A stretch of DNA of 64,000 bases from Macrostomum hystrix (taxonomy: Eukaryota; Animalia; Platyhelminthes). Location: assembly GCA_950097015.1 (NCBI GenBank), contig CATNEN010000039.1, forward strand, positions 20,398,001-20,462,000. Direction: 5' to 3'. Made by a program: the position numbers and the translations under genes. The notes beneath the pieces are model-generated. The model did not search any database and was not told the DNA's origin. It saw only the letters and a list, made by a program, of their open reading frames with translations. Below, in pieces: positions 14,074-25,920 of the stretch; the first letter of the stretch is position 1, and each line of letters starts with the position of its first letter.

Positions 14074-17000
14074 CTGAAAATGTAATTGTTTAACTGTTTT
14101 TTTAATTGCTAAAGTTTAGTTTCACTTTTACTATTTTAAGTGAAGGGCAGTATTTGGTGCCTTACTCGTTACTAGTTACCATTATGTTAATGATCGTTGC
14201 TTTTTTGCAACGTTACTTTTCCCACTACCATGGGCTTGTAACAAAAACGATGGTAACGAGTCGTAACCAACAGTGTGCATTTCCCGCTGCCGGTTTTCGT
14301 TACCAGTTTCCGAAAAAAATAATAACATAGCAGAACTGTAAATTATTTCTTTTGCAGCAATTAAAACAGTTTTGTATTGTCTTTTTCTACTTAATAATGT
14401 AAAAGATAGTCAGGTTTATATAATTAGAAACTTTAGTTATATTTATGTAGTCATTAATTTTACAGATTAACGAATAACGATAGTTTTTTTTCATTACCGA
14501 TCGTTACCACCATCTCCGTTACTTTTTGGTAACGCGCCCAACACTAATGAATGGGATATATTTTTATTTCAGAATTTATGTGGGATTTGGGTAAGCTGGG
14601 ATTTGACTTACCAGCGTTAAAGCACAGTACGTGTCCTGCCTCGCACTTATACACTTTTTTAATATCTTTGCAACCGCAACCGTCGATGTGGAAGACTTCA
14701 GTCTTTATCAAATGAGTAAAATCGACATCGGACAGGTGAAAGATGCCGTTAATGCAATAAAGATTTGATCCCCATCCATCGGCAAAGCTTCCGCAGATGT
14801 GAATTTCATGAATTTCACTATTTAGTTCATTGATGAATTTCTCGTGAAGCTCAGCAACACAGCGCTGGATGAATGCTCTTGAAAAGCTGATGCCCGCTTC
14901 CAGCAGCGCATTGTGCAGCCTGGTGTTGTTGGCCTGGCCATTGGACATGGGTCGTTCAATATTTTGTTTGTCGGACTCCATAAATGTTCTCGTATCATCA
15001 GAATTGATGAATCTGAAAAGTTTGCGAATTAAAAAATGTTATTCTAAAGATTGCTAATTGTTATTGGTAAAACTAAAATAAACTGATGTTAAAAGAAACT
15101 TGCCCATCAGGTATGCCTGACTTGACAATAACATTTGGCCGTAATATATCAAGTTGGTGTAATATTGCATGCCTTGCATGTCTTTTCGACACTTTTATTG
15201 CCTCAGCGATCAAAGATTTTTTAGATTGCATTAGAATGGTATTTTTGAGAGCTTTGACGATTCCTGGTCGATCAAAAACAATAGCTAGTTGTAACGCATT
15301 AAACTTAATTTTGTTTTCCAGTAGCAAATTCACACTTCCGCTGGTCAGGAGCTTCTGAATAATTTCCTTCTGGTCAGATATCACTGCATGAAACAGGGCA
15401 GTGTTTCCGTCCTCATCCATCATTGAAATATTCGCGTTCAACTTCAGAAGCTCATTCACGCAACCTTGATGTCCATATCTGACTGATAGCATTATTGCGG
15501 TCATTCCATTATTATTAGGTTTGTCAATTACACTAGAATTCGCTAAATCCTGAATCACACGCTTGCCTAGCAGATTCACAACATTCGCATGACCATTTTG
15601 AGCAGCAATCATGAGCGCGGTCATTCCGTGCACATCAGTCTTTTCGAGGTCTGCATCATGCTCAATAAGCAGTTTAACAGTTTTATCAAGCCCTGATTTT
15701 GAAGCCATGTAGAGAGCTGTTTGCTTTTCGACGTTTGAAGCGTTCACTAATGCTCCAGCAGATAAAAGAAAATCAGCCACGATGTGATTTCCAATTTCAC
15801 ATGCGTTGATAAGGATCGTACTGTTATTCGCGTCTCTAGTATTTGCCTGTGTATCTGTCAGAATAAATTTCTTCAAGTTCGATTCGATTTCATTGTCTGT
15901 GACTGAAAAAGCAAGCCGCGATAGATTTAAGTACGAGTGCATCGCGCCTGCGTCACGTAACAACCGGAATACCTTCGACTCAGGATCAGCCACACTTAAA
16001 GCTGATTGGTCAGAGTTGTTCAATGCGTTTAAATTTACTCTGGCTGCAATTAGGAGCTGAACGATTTTTGCATTTCCTCTCCGGGACGCTATAATAAGAG
16101 GAGTGCAGCCATTCTTTCCGTCTAAATTAACATTAGCACCTGAGAAAATCAGTAAATCAACCATAGCTCTCAGGCCTTCCTGGCAGGATATGTGCAGAGC
16201 TGCTGCTCCATCAGACCTTTGTGAGTCTAGCTGAACTCCAGAGCCGATGAGATACTTGGCGAGCGTCTCGTTCCTAGAAAAACAGCTTAAAGTCAAAGGA
16301 GTATCACCCTCTCTTGTTTTAACATCGATATCTGCCTGACAGTCAATTAAAAATTTAGCGAGATTTTCGTGCTCGTTAGCCACTGCCCTGTGCAACGCCG
16401 TAGAGCCGCCCTTACCTGCTTCGTTGATATTGCCACCAATTTTCAGAATCATCTGAATAATGTCTCCGTGACCTCTTTGAGCGGCGAGATGCAGAGCAGT
16501 GTCCATGTCGTCATCCTGAAGAGCATAATCCGAGCCGGAGTCGATAAGTAGTTCGAATATTTCTGTTCGTCCATGGAAAGCTGCCAGTCCAAGCGCTGTT
16601 ATATGATTGTGGTCCTTTCGGTCTAAATTAATATTTGCGTGAATTAGCTGTTGAACAATTTGAAGGCTCTGGGACACAACTGCAAAGTGAAGAGCTGTAG
16701 AGCCGTCGTTTGTCGCAGCATGGACACTAGCTCCAGCAGCAGTCAGTAGTTGGAATGTTGAAAAATTGCCATTTAGTGCGCTGAGTAACAGTGGAGTGCT
16801 ATCATTCTTTCCAGTTAGCTCTAGATCAGCATTAGCTGAAATAAGTACTCGTACAATGTCTGTATGACCCCACTGAGCTGCCAAATGCAAGGCGGTTGCG
16901 CCATTTCTTTCTCTGAAATTTACGTTTGCTCCAGCTGCTAGCAGTCGATTAACTGGTTTGATTCGCCCGAAGTATGCGGAAATCATCAAAGCCGAGTTCC

Positions 17001-20000
17001 CTTCTGAATCATGACTGTCCACATCTGCTTTCGCACTGATCAACATGTCGATAATAGATTCAGCGCAAACTGCTGTCGCAATGTGAAGTGCAGTCTTGCC
17101 ATCTGCTGCTTGCAAATTCACATCACAACTATTCTCAATTAAAAACTTGACAATGCTCTCGTGTTGTTTTGCCACTGCAAGAATCAATGGTGTGGCCTGA
17201 CCCTTTCCTTGAGTATCGATCGCACACTGTGCCTGTACCAGCATCTTCACGATCTCTAAATGTCCGTTTTGAGCAGCTGAGTGTACAGCTGTGCCACCAT
17301 TCGAGTCTCGCATATTCTGATCCGCTCCTGCGTCGATCAGGAATCGAACAACCGCGTCTTTGCCGAAATAGGCCGCCATAATCAGTGCGGTATCGCCATC
17401 GCTGTCCTGCTTGTCGATCAAAGCCTTCGCTTTAACAAGACGCTTCACAATTTCAACATCACCACCCATCGCAGCAACAGCCAGTGCTGTCCTACCTTGC
17501 TCTGCATCTGCGTCAACTTCGGCATGTCTTTCAAGAAGAAGTTTTAAAACCTGATGGTGTTTATTGTGAGCGGCCAAAATCAATGGCGTCGCGCTACCTT
17601 TACCTTTGGAGTTCATGTCACTTCCTGCATCCAGAAGCAGCTCAGCAACCTCAAAGTGGCCACTCTGAGCTGCCATATGCAGTGCTGTGCTACCAAACTC
17701 ATCAGTAAGTCTGACATTTGCTTTCGATTCAATGAGCTGCTTAATGATATCCCGATTACTGTTGAATGATGCCGCCATCAGCGCCGTTCTTCCATCTCGA
17801 CTTTGAAGATTCGGATTAGCGTTCATTGCTAACAATCTCTTAACCACATCTGAATAACTGTACATGGCAGCCAGCATGAGAGCAGAGTATCCGTCTTTGT
17901 TCACCGCATCAAAATTAGCGCCATGCTTTAACAATAGATCAACGACATTTTGACGACCATTGAGGGCGGCTCGAATCAAGGGAGTCGTTCCATTCTTCCC
18001 TTCCAGGTCTGTCTTCGCGCCGTTTTCCAGCAAAAATCGCGAAATTTCCAGATGCCCTTCTTGAGCAGCAGAATGGAGAGCAGTGCATCCGTTGGTATCT
18101 CCATGATTTATTTCAGCATTGCTAGCCAGCAATTGTGAAACAACTACAAAATGCCCAAAGTGTGCGGACACAATCAAAGCGGTGTTGCCGTCACTGTTAG
18201 GGATGTTAGGATTGGCACCATTTGAAAGCAAGAACTCGGAAATCTTAAAATAGCCAAATAAAGAAGCGTAGAAAAGTGCTGTGTTTCCAAGAAAGTCTTG
18301 GTGATTTACTTGCGCCCCTGATTCAACCAACAGCTGGACTGCCTCTGCATGTCCCATGCAGCTGGCAAGTATTATAGGTATTGCATCACCTTTTCCGATG
18401 CAATTGACATTTGCACCTTTGCTTACAAGCCATCTAATGAATGCTGTGTGGCCCATTTGAGCAGAAAGCAAGATTGGAGTGGCTTTGTCGTTATCGGCAT
18501 CGTTCACGTCAGCAAAGGCAGTGACCAGCATCTCAGCCAAATCCAATTTGTTTAAAAATGATGTGAGTAGAATTGGCGAGTAACCAAATTTATTTTTTTT
18601 ATTCACACTTGCCCCGGCAGACAGAAGCATTTGTACTATTTCATTGGACGTACGGAAAATAGCATAAAATAATGCCGTGTTTCCTTTGTTATTTTGAATG
18701 TCAACGCTGGCTTTTGCTGATAGAAGAGCCTGAACACATCTCTGGTGCCCTGAATAAGTTGCAAGGATAAGTGCTGAATCCCCATCGTCCGTGACAGCGT
18801 TAACATAGGCATCGTGTCTGATCAAAAGCTGCACAATCTCAAAATGACCAAAGGTCGCGGCTAAAATAAGTGCTGTGGCACCGCCCTGACCTTTTGCATT
18901 CACATTCACTCTAGCTTCTAACAATATGTTCACGATTTCAATGTGACCATTTTGGGATGCGCAGTGCAAAGGGTTGTGCTTGCCTGCATCAGCGCCGTCT
19001 GCGTTGGCTTTGTATTGTAAGAGCAGCTTTACAATTTCTGTATGGCCGCTAAATGAGCTGCAGATTAATGGAGTTTCGCCTGCAGCATTCGCTAGATTAG
19101 GGTTGGCTCCATTTTCCAGTACACACTGGATTACTGAAATGTTAGCAGAAGCGATGGCCACCAAAAGCGGAGTAGTCAAACCAGAGATAAGGCTTTGATA
19201 ATTGATGTCTGCCCCGCAAACTATTAATAGAAATATGATGCTTAAATTTCCATTCAGAGTGGCCACATGAAGAGCTGTCAATCCCTGATCATCTTCATGA
19301 TTGATGGCCGAATTTGAAGCTGCATTCAGCAGCAATTCCGCAGATTCGAAGCACCCAGACGCGCAAGCTAGAATTAGAGCCGTGTCCTTTTTGTCACTCA
19401 CGGCATTTATATCTGCACCAGCGTCCAACAGCAGCTTCACAACCCTGGGGTGTCTATTAAAACAAGCGAGAAGCATTGGTGTGGCTCCGTTTTTACCATG
19501 CGAATTTATATCAGCACCGGCTTTTATTAGCAGATCAGCAATGTCTATGCTACCTTCTTGTACAGCGCAATGCAAAGGCTGGACCTGTTCGCTGCAACGA
19601 GCGTGAATATCAGCTCCGTAATCTATAAGCAGTTGAACTATTTGAGCACTTTTAGAGAACGCAGCAAAATGTAGGGCACTCAATCCATCTTCTTCTCTCG
19701 CATTAATTTTCACACCACATTTCAAAACGAGGCTAATGAGTCCCAAATCTTCGTTTCTTGCTTTCATACAGGCGACCATTAGACAGGTGAGTCCGTTAGC
19801 CATGACTTGGTTGACGTCAGCCCCAGATTTTACAAGAAATTCGAAAATTTTTGGCCTTTTATTTAAGCATGCAGAGAAAGCAGCCGTGCTCTTGTTCTTT
19901 CCAGGACCGTCTAGGCTGTACATCATCGGAGCCAAAAACTTCACTATTTCTAACGAGCCATTTTGAACAGCGCAATGAAGTGCTTGACATCCTTCAGCAT

Positions 20001-23000
20001 TGCGAGTTTCTGGATCCGCTCCTGCATTGATCAACAACTCGGCGGATTTTTCGTGACAGAAATATGAAGCAAGAATTAAAGCTGTATTACCATCTTTGTC
20101 CTGCAGATTAACATTCGCACCAGCTTTTATTAGAATTTCGATGATTTGGCTAAAGCCTTGGACTGAGGCCATCATCAATGCAGTCTGCTTATCGAAGTCA
20201 ACAGCATCCAATTCGGCCGAAGATGCTAAAAGCTTAAGAACGTCAGTATGTCCTCTCATTGCAGCAGTAATCAAAGGGGAATGACCGAACATTCCAATCT
20301 GTTCTGGATTTGCGCCAATGGAAAGTAGCTTTGCAACTATATCTGCCTGATTAAAAAAGCAAGAATAAAATAGTGCACCAGATCGGAAGCTACATTGATG
20401 GTCGATATTTGCTCCAGAATTAATCAGTTCAGCTAAAGTTCCAAGAGAGTTTTTGACAACAGATAGCGTCAAGGAAGTATCGCCACTGTCATTTGTGGCT
20501 TCAATGTCTGCCCAAGCTCTAATTAACTCCTTGACGATTTCGGTTCGACCGTTGAATGATGCGATCGTCAGTGGCGTATTTCCGTTTCTTCCTTTTATTT
20601 CTAGTTCAGCACCAGAAAGCAGGAGCAGGACTAAGATTCCCAAGTGACCATTTTGAGCTGCCATATAAATAGCAGTCGCTCCGTTGCTGTCCCTTAAGTT
20701 AGGATTTGCGCCAGCAGACAGAAGCAGTGCTACAGAGGTGAGCCTTCCGAAATAGGCAGCTAGTATCAGAGCACTGTCATTATCATCATCCTGGTAGTTC
20801 GTATCAGCACCGGCAAGAAGAAGAGCTGAAACAATGTCATTATGACCTTGAAGACAGGCTAAAATTAAAGCGGTGCCGCCACCTTTTCCAATCCAGTTCA
20901 CATCAGCTCCAGCAGCGATCAAGTAAGTAACGATTTTTGTGTGACCATTTTGTGCAGCAAGGAGTAGCGGTGTCGCAAGAGTTGCATCAACGTGATTTGG
21001 ATTAGCGTCCGCCTCAAGCAAGAGCTTTACAACTGTCTGTTGTCCAGTATATGCGGAATGAACGATCGCTGCTCTTCCCATGTCGTCGCAAGCATTCACA
21101 TCCGCATTATTTTCAATGAGCAGCGACACAATTTCACTATAGCCAATTGTGGATGCCAAGATTATTGGAGTGGAGCCTCCTTTGCCAACGACATTTACAT
21201 TAGCGCCTGCTGCTAAAAGCTGGCGAACTATGTCGATGTGACCATTCTGAGCGGCAGAAGAAAGCGCAGAATTCCCTTGATTGTCAACAGCGTTGATCTG
21301 AGCTTGGGCTTTTATTAATATTCGCACGATGCTCTGGAAGCCCAAGTACGATGCGATGATCAGTGGAGTGTTCCCGCCATCAGCTCTTGTGTCGCAATTC
21401 GCTTCAAAAGAGAGGAGTAGCGAAACAACATCCGGATGACCATTTTGAGCGGCGATGTACAACGAAGTTCCGTTTCCTTTTCCTGCCCAGTCAACATTTG
21501 CTCCGGCTTGCAGAAGATCTCTGCAAAGATCTAAGTATCCAATCTGAGCAGCCATCAACAATGGCGGGGCATTCTGATAGTCTGCAATGTCAACATTTGC
21601 ATTCGCTTTAATCAGCACTTTCGCAGCCGACCGGTGGCCACCCTGAACTGCAAGGCGCAGTGGGGTTCCATCTCCTTTGCCTTTCCAGTCGACCTTTGCT
21701 CCGGCAATCAGCAAAGCCTCGCAAATTTTTGTGTGTCCGTTCTGAGCAGCAAATATGAGCGGCGTTGCGTTTTGCATGTCTGCAGCATCCACCTCAGCTC
21801 CAGCGTGAATGAGCAGACAAGCCACGCCATAGTGGCCTTCGTATGCAGCGTAGTGAAGAGCCGTCTTGCCCTCAATGTTTCTGTTGTTTATTTCTTCTGG
21901 TTCGTTTCTTACAATTCGCTCTACATCTTCTTTATTGCCACTCCATGCAGCTTGCATTAGCTCAGATCTCTGTGTGGCTGCGAAAAGATTCATTAGATCC
22001 ATCGGCATCTCAAAAGACTTTTTTTCCTGTTTTCGCATTGGCATGAACTGTTCATGCTTAAACTTGGGGGCACTGCTATTTGTTGCAGTTTGCAAACTTG
22101 ATAAAATTGCATGGCTTCTTGTCTCAAAAGCAACATCGTGTATGGAGAGTCCGCTGCTGTCAAAGATGTCAGCGTTCGCGCCAGCTTCTAGCAGCTGTTT
22201 CACAATGGCCTCCTGACCAGCTTGAACAGCCAGCCAGAGAGCAGTCCTACAGAACTGATCGCGACTTTCCAGCAGCTCCTTGATGTGCGTCAGCTGACTG
22301 ACGATATCTTCGTGGCCCAGCTGCGCTGCTATCATCAGGGGCGAGCAACCGACTCCGTTGGCGATTCGAGGGTCGGCACCAGCCCGCAGCAACTGAGCTG
22401 CGATCTCTCTGTGCCCTCCCTGACATGCGAGAAGCAATGGGCTCGTCGCATTATTCTCAAGTATATTAAGGTCAGCGCGGGCCTCAATCAGCAGAGCGAC
22501 TATGTTTCCGTGACCGTTTTGAGTCGCAGCTGAAAGAGGCGACCTTCCAAAGTCGTCCTGAGCGTTGATCTCTGCGCCTCGTTCCAACAAGAGTTTGACA
22601 ATTGCTTCATGGCCATTTTGAGCAGCAAGCAACAAGGCTGAAATGGGTTTTTCTGGAGCTTTGAGATCCTTGAATCGGCCCATCAACATCTTGAGAAATT
22701 CTTCACGGCCATGCTCGCTTGCAGTGATGACGTGCCAGCTGAGATCCACATTGTCTGGTGCGCACTGCAGCACCAGCTGAATTAGACGCTGTTCTTCCGT
22801 TCTGGCAGCTTGTTCCATCAGCTCATCGAACTCTTCCAGTCCAAGTGTCTGAGGATTCTTTTGAACGAGCATCTCCGCGACAGCCACGTGATCTCCTCGA
22901 AGCGCTGCGACTAGCGCAGTCTCACCTTCTCTGTTTTTCACATCCAGCAGCGTCACAGGTGAGGTTAGGAGTGCCCGGACTGAGGCCTCTTGCCCTTCTC

Positions 23001-25920
23001 TGGCTGCCAGCAGCAGCGGCGTGTCTCCCGCGTCATCCGTCGCGTTCGCATCGAAGCCCGCTTGGAGGAGCTGCAACACTCGATCTGGCTGTCCCGCGCT
23101 ACTCGCCACGTGGAGTGCAGTCCGACCTTGGCGATTACGACGCGTGCCGAACTGGTTTTCTAAAAAATTGATTGTGTTTTTTGCTTTCTTTGATGTTCTC
23201 AAGACGCTTATAAACAAAAACCAGTCTATGCAGAAACCAAAATAACCGAGATTTTAGTTTTTTATATCTAATACGCTCGTAGATAGTTAAAGACTAGATT
23301 TTGTTGCTCAAATTTCTGGATTATAATGTCAAACCATGCATTACTAAAGTATCATCATGATGCAAATTTAAATGCATGCAAAAAAGCCCACGCAAAAAAT
23401 AAATGATTTTTTTCATGTAGCACTGATAGATGTGGTACGACGTAAAAAGTGACAATTAAAGTGACTTTGTTTTGTCAGCATCAATTAGTACAGAAAGTGT
23501 GATTGTTCATATACGATTGTAAAAGACTCAATAGATGTTCGTTTGAATACTACTGCGTATTAAGCAGTCAGTGAAGTTTGCTTTTTGTCTATTTCAATAC
23601 AAGTAATAATAATCATCTCACGCCCCGCGCCGATCACAAGTGGCCAAAAAAAGGGGGGCGTCAAATCGCGCGCTTCGGGGCAAGGTCTCTGACGTGCTTC
23701 ACGCCGGCTGCCTGGCTGGGTGCTCGCGCATCATCAAAAAGACGGTCGATGTAGCGAGCCGTTCGTCCCTGTCCGCGCCTGCGAGGTCCCTGCGGAGTCC
23801 ACAGCAGGACTTCCTGCAGCGGCTCTGGGCAGTAGGCTTCGGCCCGGATGACATGCCCGGCAAGCCGCAGACGTCGCTTGCTCAGCAGGGCAGAAAACCG
23901 CGTCAGGCGCGCTCGCTGGTACAGGGAGTCGGTCGTCTCGCTGCCAGGGCCGCGGCGAGCGCCGAACGCGGCACGAACCAGAGCCGCATGCGCCGCGTCG
24001 AGCTGCCCCTCGAGCGCCCCGGTCAGCGTCCAGGTCTCAGCATTGTACAGGAGGGCAGTCTCGACAACAGCCTGGAACAGCTGGGACCTGGCGCTGTCCG
24101 ACAGGGCTTCCGAGAGCAGCACCGGCCGAAAAGATCGAAAGGCGGCCCAGGCCTTGCCGCGCCGTCTCGCCAGGTCGTCGCTCACGTCCGGCACCAGCCC
24201 GCCGAGGTAGAGGAACTGACGGCACTTCGGGAGCACCGTCCCAGGGGCATCGCCGTCTCGGAGTCGGAGTCGGATCTCGGCGGGTAGATTGTGCGGCACC
24301 GTCATTAATACAAGTACAGCTGTCATTACGCTCGTAATTGCATTTTCAATTAAATTCAGTGTAATTCAATGCTCCATTCTGGTCCTGAAACAGATCATAG
24401 TCGCTATACTTGGCTCCAGTAGAACTCTGCAGCCACGCTAGTAGGCATAGTAACAAGTTCCCACTCCTGCATGCGACTGCATGAGTACCCGCAGCCATCG
24501 CCGCTATATGGTTTAGCTTAGTCTGAGTCCTATTTAGTTAAATATTAGATGGTGTCTTTAGGGTGTCAGTAATAGGAGAGCAGTGGCCGTTTTTCCACGG
24601 TTTTTCGGATTCAGCCTGCCTGAATCTTTTCAGCCAATGAGAGCCCGTGAATGGCTCCAGCCAATGGCAAGGCAGGAAGGGGTCCAAACCGTCTATAAAT
24701 ACGAGACACCCGAGAGCCCTAAAACTAAGACACCCGCCCCCTCGCCCCGTCGCACAACTGTGCTAAAGTCTTATACTTGAGTTTGGACTCACATAGTCTA
24801 ATTAATAAGGGGAGACGCAACACTTACGAGCTTTTATTTAAAGGCTGCGATATCAGTAATAAACAGACAATGCAAAGCGTTAGTACGAGCGTGCAAGCAT
24901 ATATCAACGTAGGAGTGTGACGAACTTACAATGCAGCACTCACTAAACAGTATGATGGTTATACGAGGCGTGATGCATCATTTTACATATATATGTCTAT
25001 TTAGTATGCTAATGCTCCAATACACTGGTGCTATATCTGACCAAACAATAAGGCCACATATAGCCTGCATTTTCTTAGGTCTCAAAGGTATGAGCATTCT
25101 CACAATAGTTGTTTACCTGCAAAGAGTCTAGGATAATTAGGCACCCTAAAACGTTGCATTTGAAAACGTCTGACAGAATGATACTAAATAGACACCAGCA
25201 CAATTCTGCGTGTTCTTGCATATGACAGTTTCATCTCAGAAAAGGAACTCTCAAAAGACAGAAAATATTCGTTTTTACGCATGGAAGTTTAAAAGACTCA
25301 AGACAGTTGAATAAACAAGCATACATATAGCACGCACTGCCTGTCAAATCATAATATTTTCAGAAAGCTTTACTCAAATAATAATAATTTGCAGAAGGGA
25401 TGCGGGCAATGGCACGTCATTAAATGGTGACATTAGACCCTCAGCCAGCGAGGAGGCAATTCTGCCCATTTCGCTGACTCCTGAGCACGCACGCACTCAC
25501 AGGTGTGTACATCTGCCCTGACTTTCTCATCATTAAGCAGTGTACACTCTCACTGTCCTTTGGAGGTTGGCACTTAGGGCTGTAAATTGCACACGACAAG
25601 CCCCTAAGCCTTCTTTAGCCTTGCTGTGCTAAGCCTTGCCAAGCCCCAAATAAATGCGGCCTCGCCGCGGAATCGAGCTCGGGGACCTTGATGCGAGAGG
25701 CAAACACGTTAATTGCTCTGCCGTCGACCCTCTTTAAAAAGCTTTTTGCAAGCCCCAGTCTACGATGAATGTCATTTATAGTTGACAAAATTAACTATGG
25801 ACAACTACGAACGTTAATATTAACAATAACAAAGAATTAAAGATACTTTACGAGCGTAAATTTCTACCGCGAAAACTGCTTCTCACCAACACCATCTTGA
25901 TCGTCCACTCCAGCCTCCAT
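12341..25920 (-). CDS. Giant ankyrin-repeat / Mab-21 (cGAS-like receptor, cGLR-type) nucleotidyltransferase fusion, ~3,407 aa. Exons 25920-25887, 23159-15104, 15012-14612, 14073-12341.
   Basis: Phase-compatible junctions: GTT G|gtgaga...tttttag|AA AAC (phase 1); GAT GG|gcaagt...ttttcag|A TTC (phase 2, GC-AG); GCT G|gtaagt...ttttcag|AG TCG (phase 1). Total 10,224 nt, a whole number of codons. NTase motifs ICGS...SDVDF...IDH; Mab-21 C-lobe LRISTSFLEKEI, LKSYHAKTVLF, CHFFL. Confidence 0.8.
14148..14546. mobile_element. hAT-like non-autonomous DNA element (MITE) in the intron splitting the NTase core
   Basis: Imperfect TIRs cagtatttggtgccttact / ggtaacgcgcccaacacta, internal gttac/gtaac repeats, and a degenerate 8-bp TSD gtgaaggg (14140-14147) / atgaatgg (14547-14554). 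Confidence 0.6.
14612..15012 (-). CDS. Exon encoding the N-terminal spine helix and nucleotidyltransferase GS / DxD motifs
   Basis: ...IHICGSFADGWGSNLYCINGIFHLSDVDFTHL..., bounded by a ttttcag acceptor and a gtaagt donor. Confidence 0.85.
15104..23159 (-). CDS. 8-kb single exon encoding ~75 tandem ankyrin repeats
   Basis: Uninterrupted 2,714-codon ORF with continuous 33-aa G-x-T-[AP]-L-[HI]-x-A-A-x-x-G-H...LL-x-x-GA-D/N-V-N repeats. The count is by length estimate. Confidence 0.96.
23606..24306 (-). mobile_element. 5'-truncated RTE-clade LINE (RT thumb / C-terminus and 3' UTR) in intron 1 of the ankyrin-cGLR gene
   Basis: FLYLGG, GKAWAAF, LLYNAETWTL, RRLRLAGHVIR and RRRGQGR motifs; (ATT)n tail; 10-bp TSD aatacaagta at 23596-23605 and 24307-24316. 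Confidence 0.9.
25385..25730 (-). mobile_element. tRNA-derived SINE family A
   Basis: About 350-bp repeat shared with copies at 34075, 43050, 46710, 47290 and 54680. The minus strand begins with A/B-box-like motifs and ends in (TTA)n. Confidence 0.8.

Noticed and set aside
12341-15012. Bacterial CBASS CD-NTase operon
   Set aside because: The gene has spliceosomal introns, metazoan Mab-21 C-lobe motifs and no adjacent Cap effector genes.
15073-23217. Ankyrin ORF as canonical ankyrin, a latrotoxin-like toxin or an endosymbiont gene
   Set aside because: No ZU5/death or toxin domain is seen and the repeat count far exceeds the 24 of ankyrin. It is bounded by spliceosomal sites that link it to a Mab-21 domain.
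23640-24287. Plus-strand 215-aa and 120-aa ORFs
   Set aside because: Antisense shadows of the GC-rich RTE RT frame.
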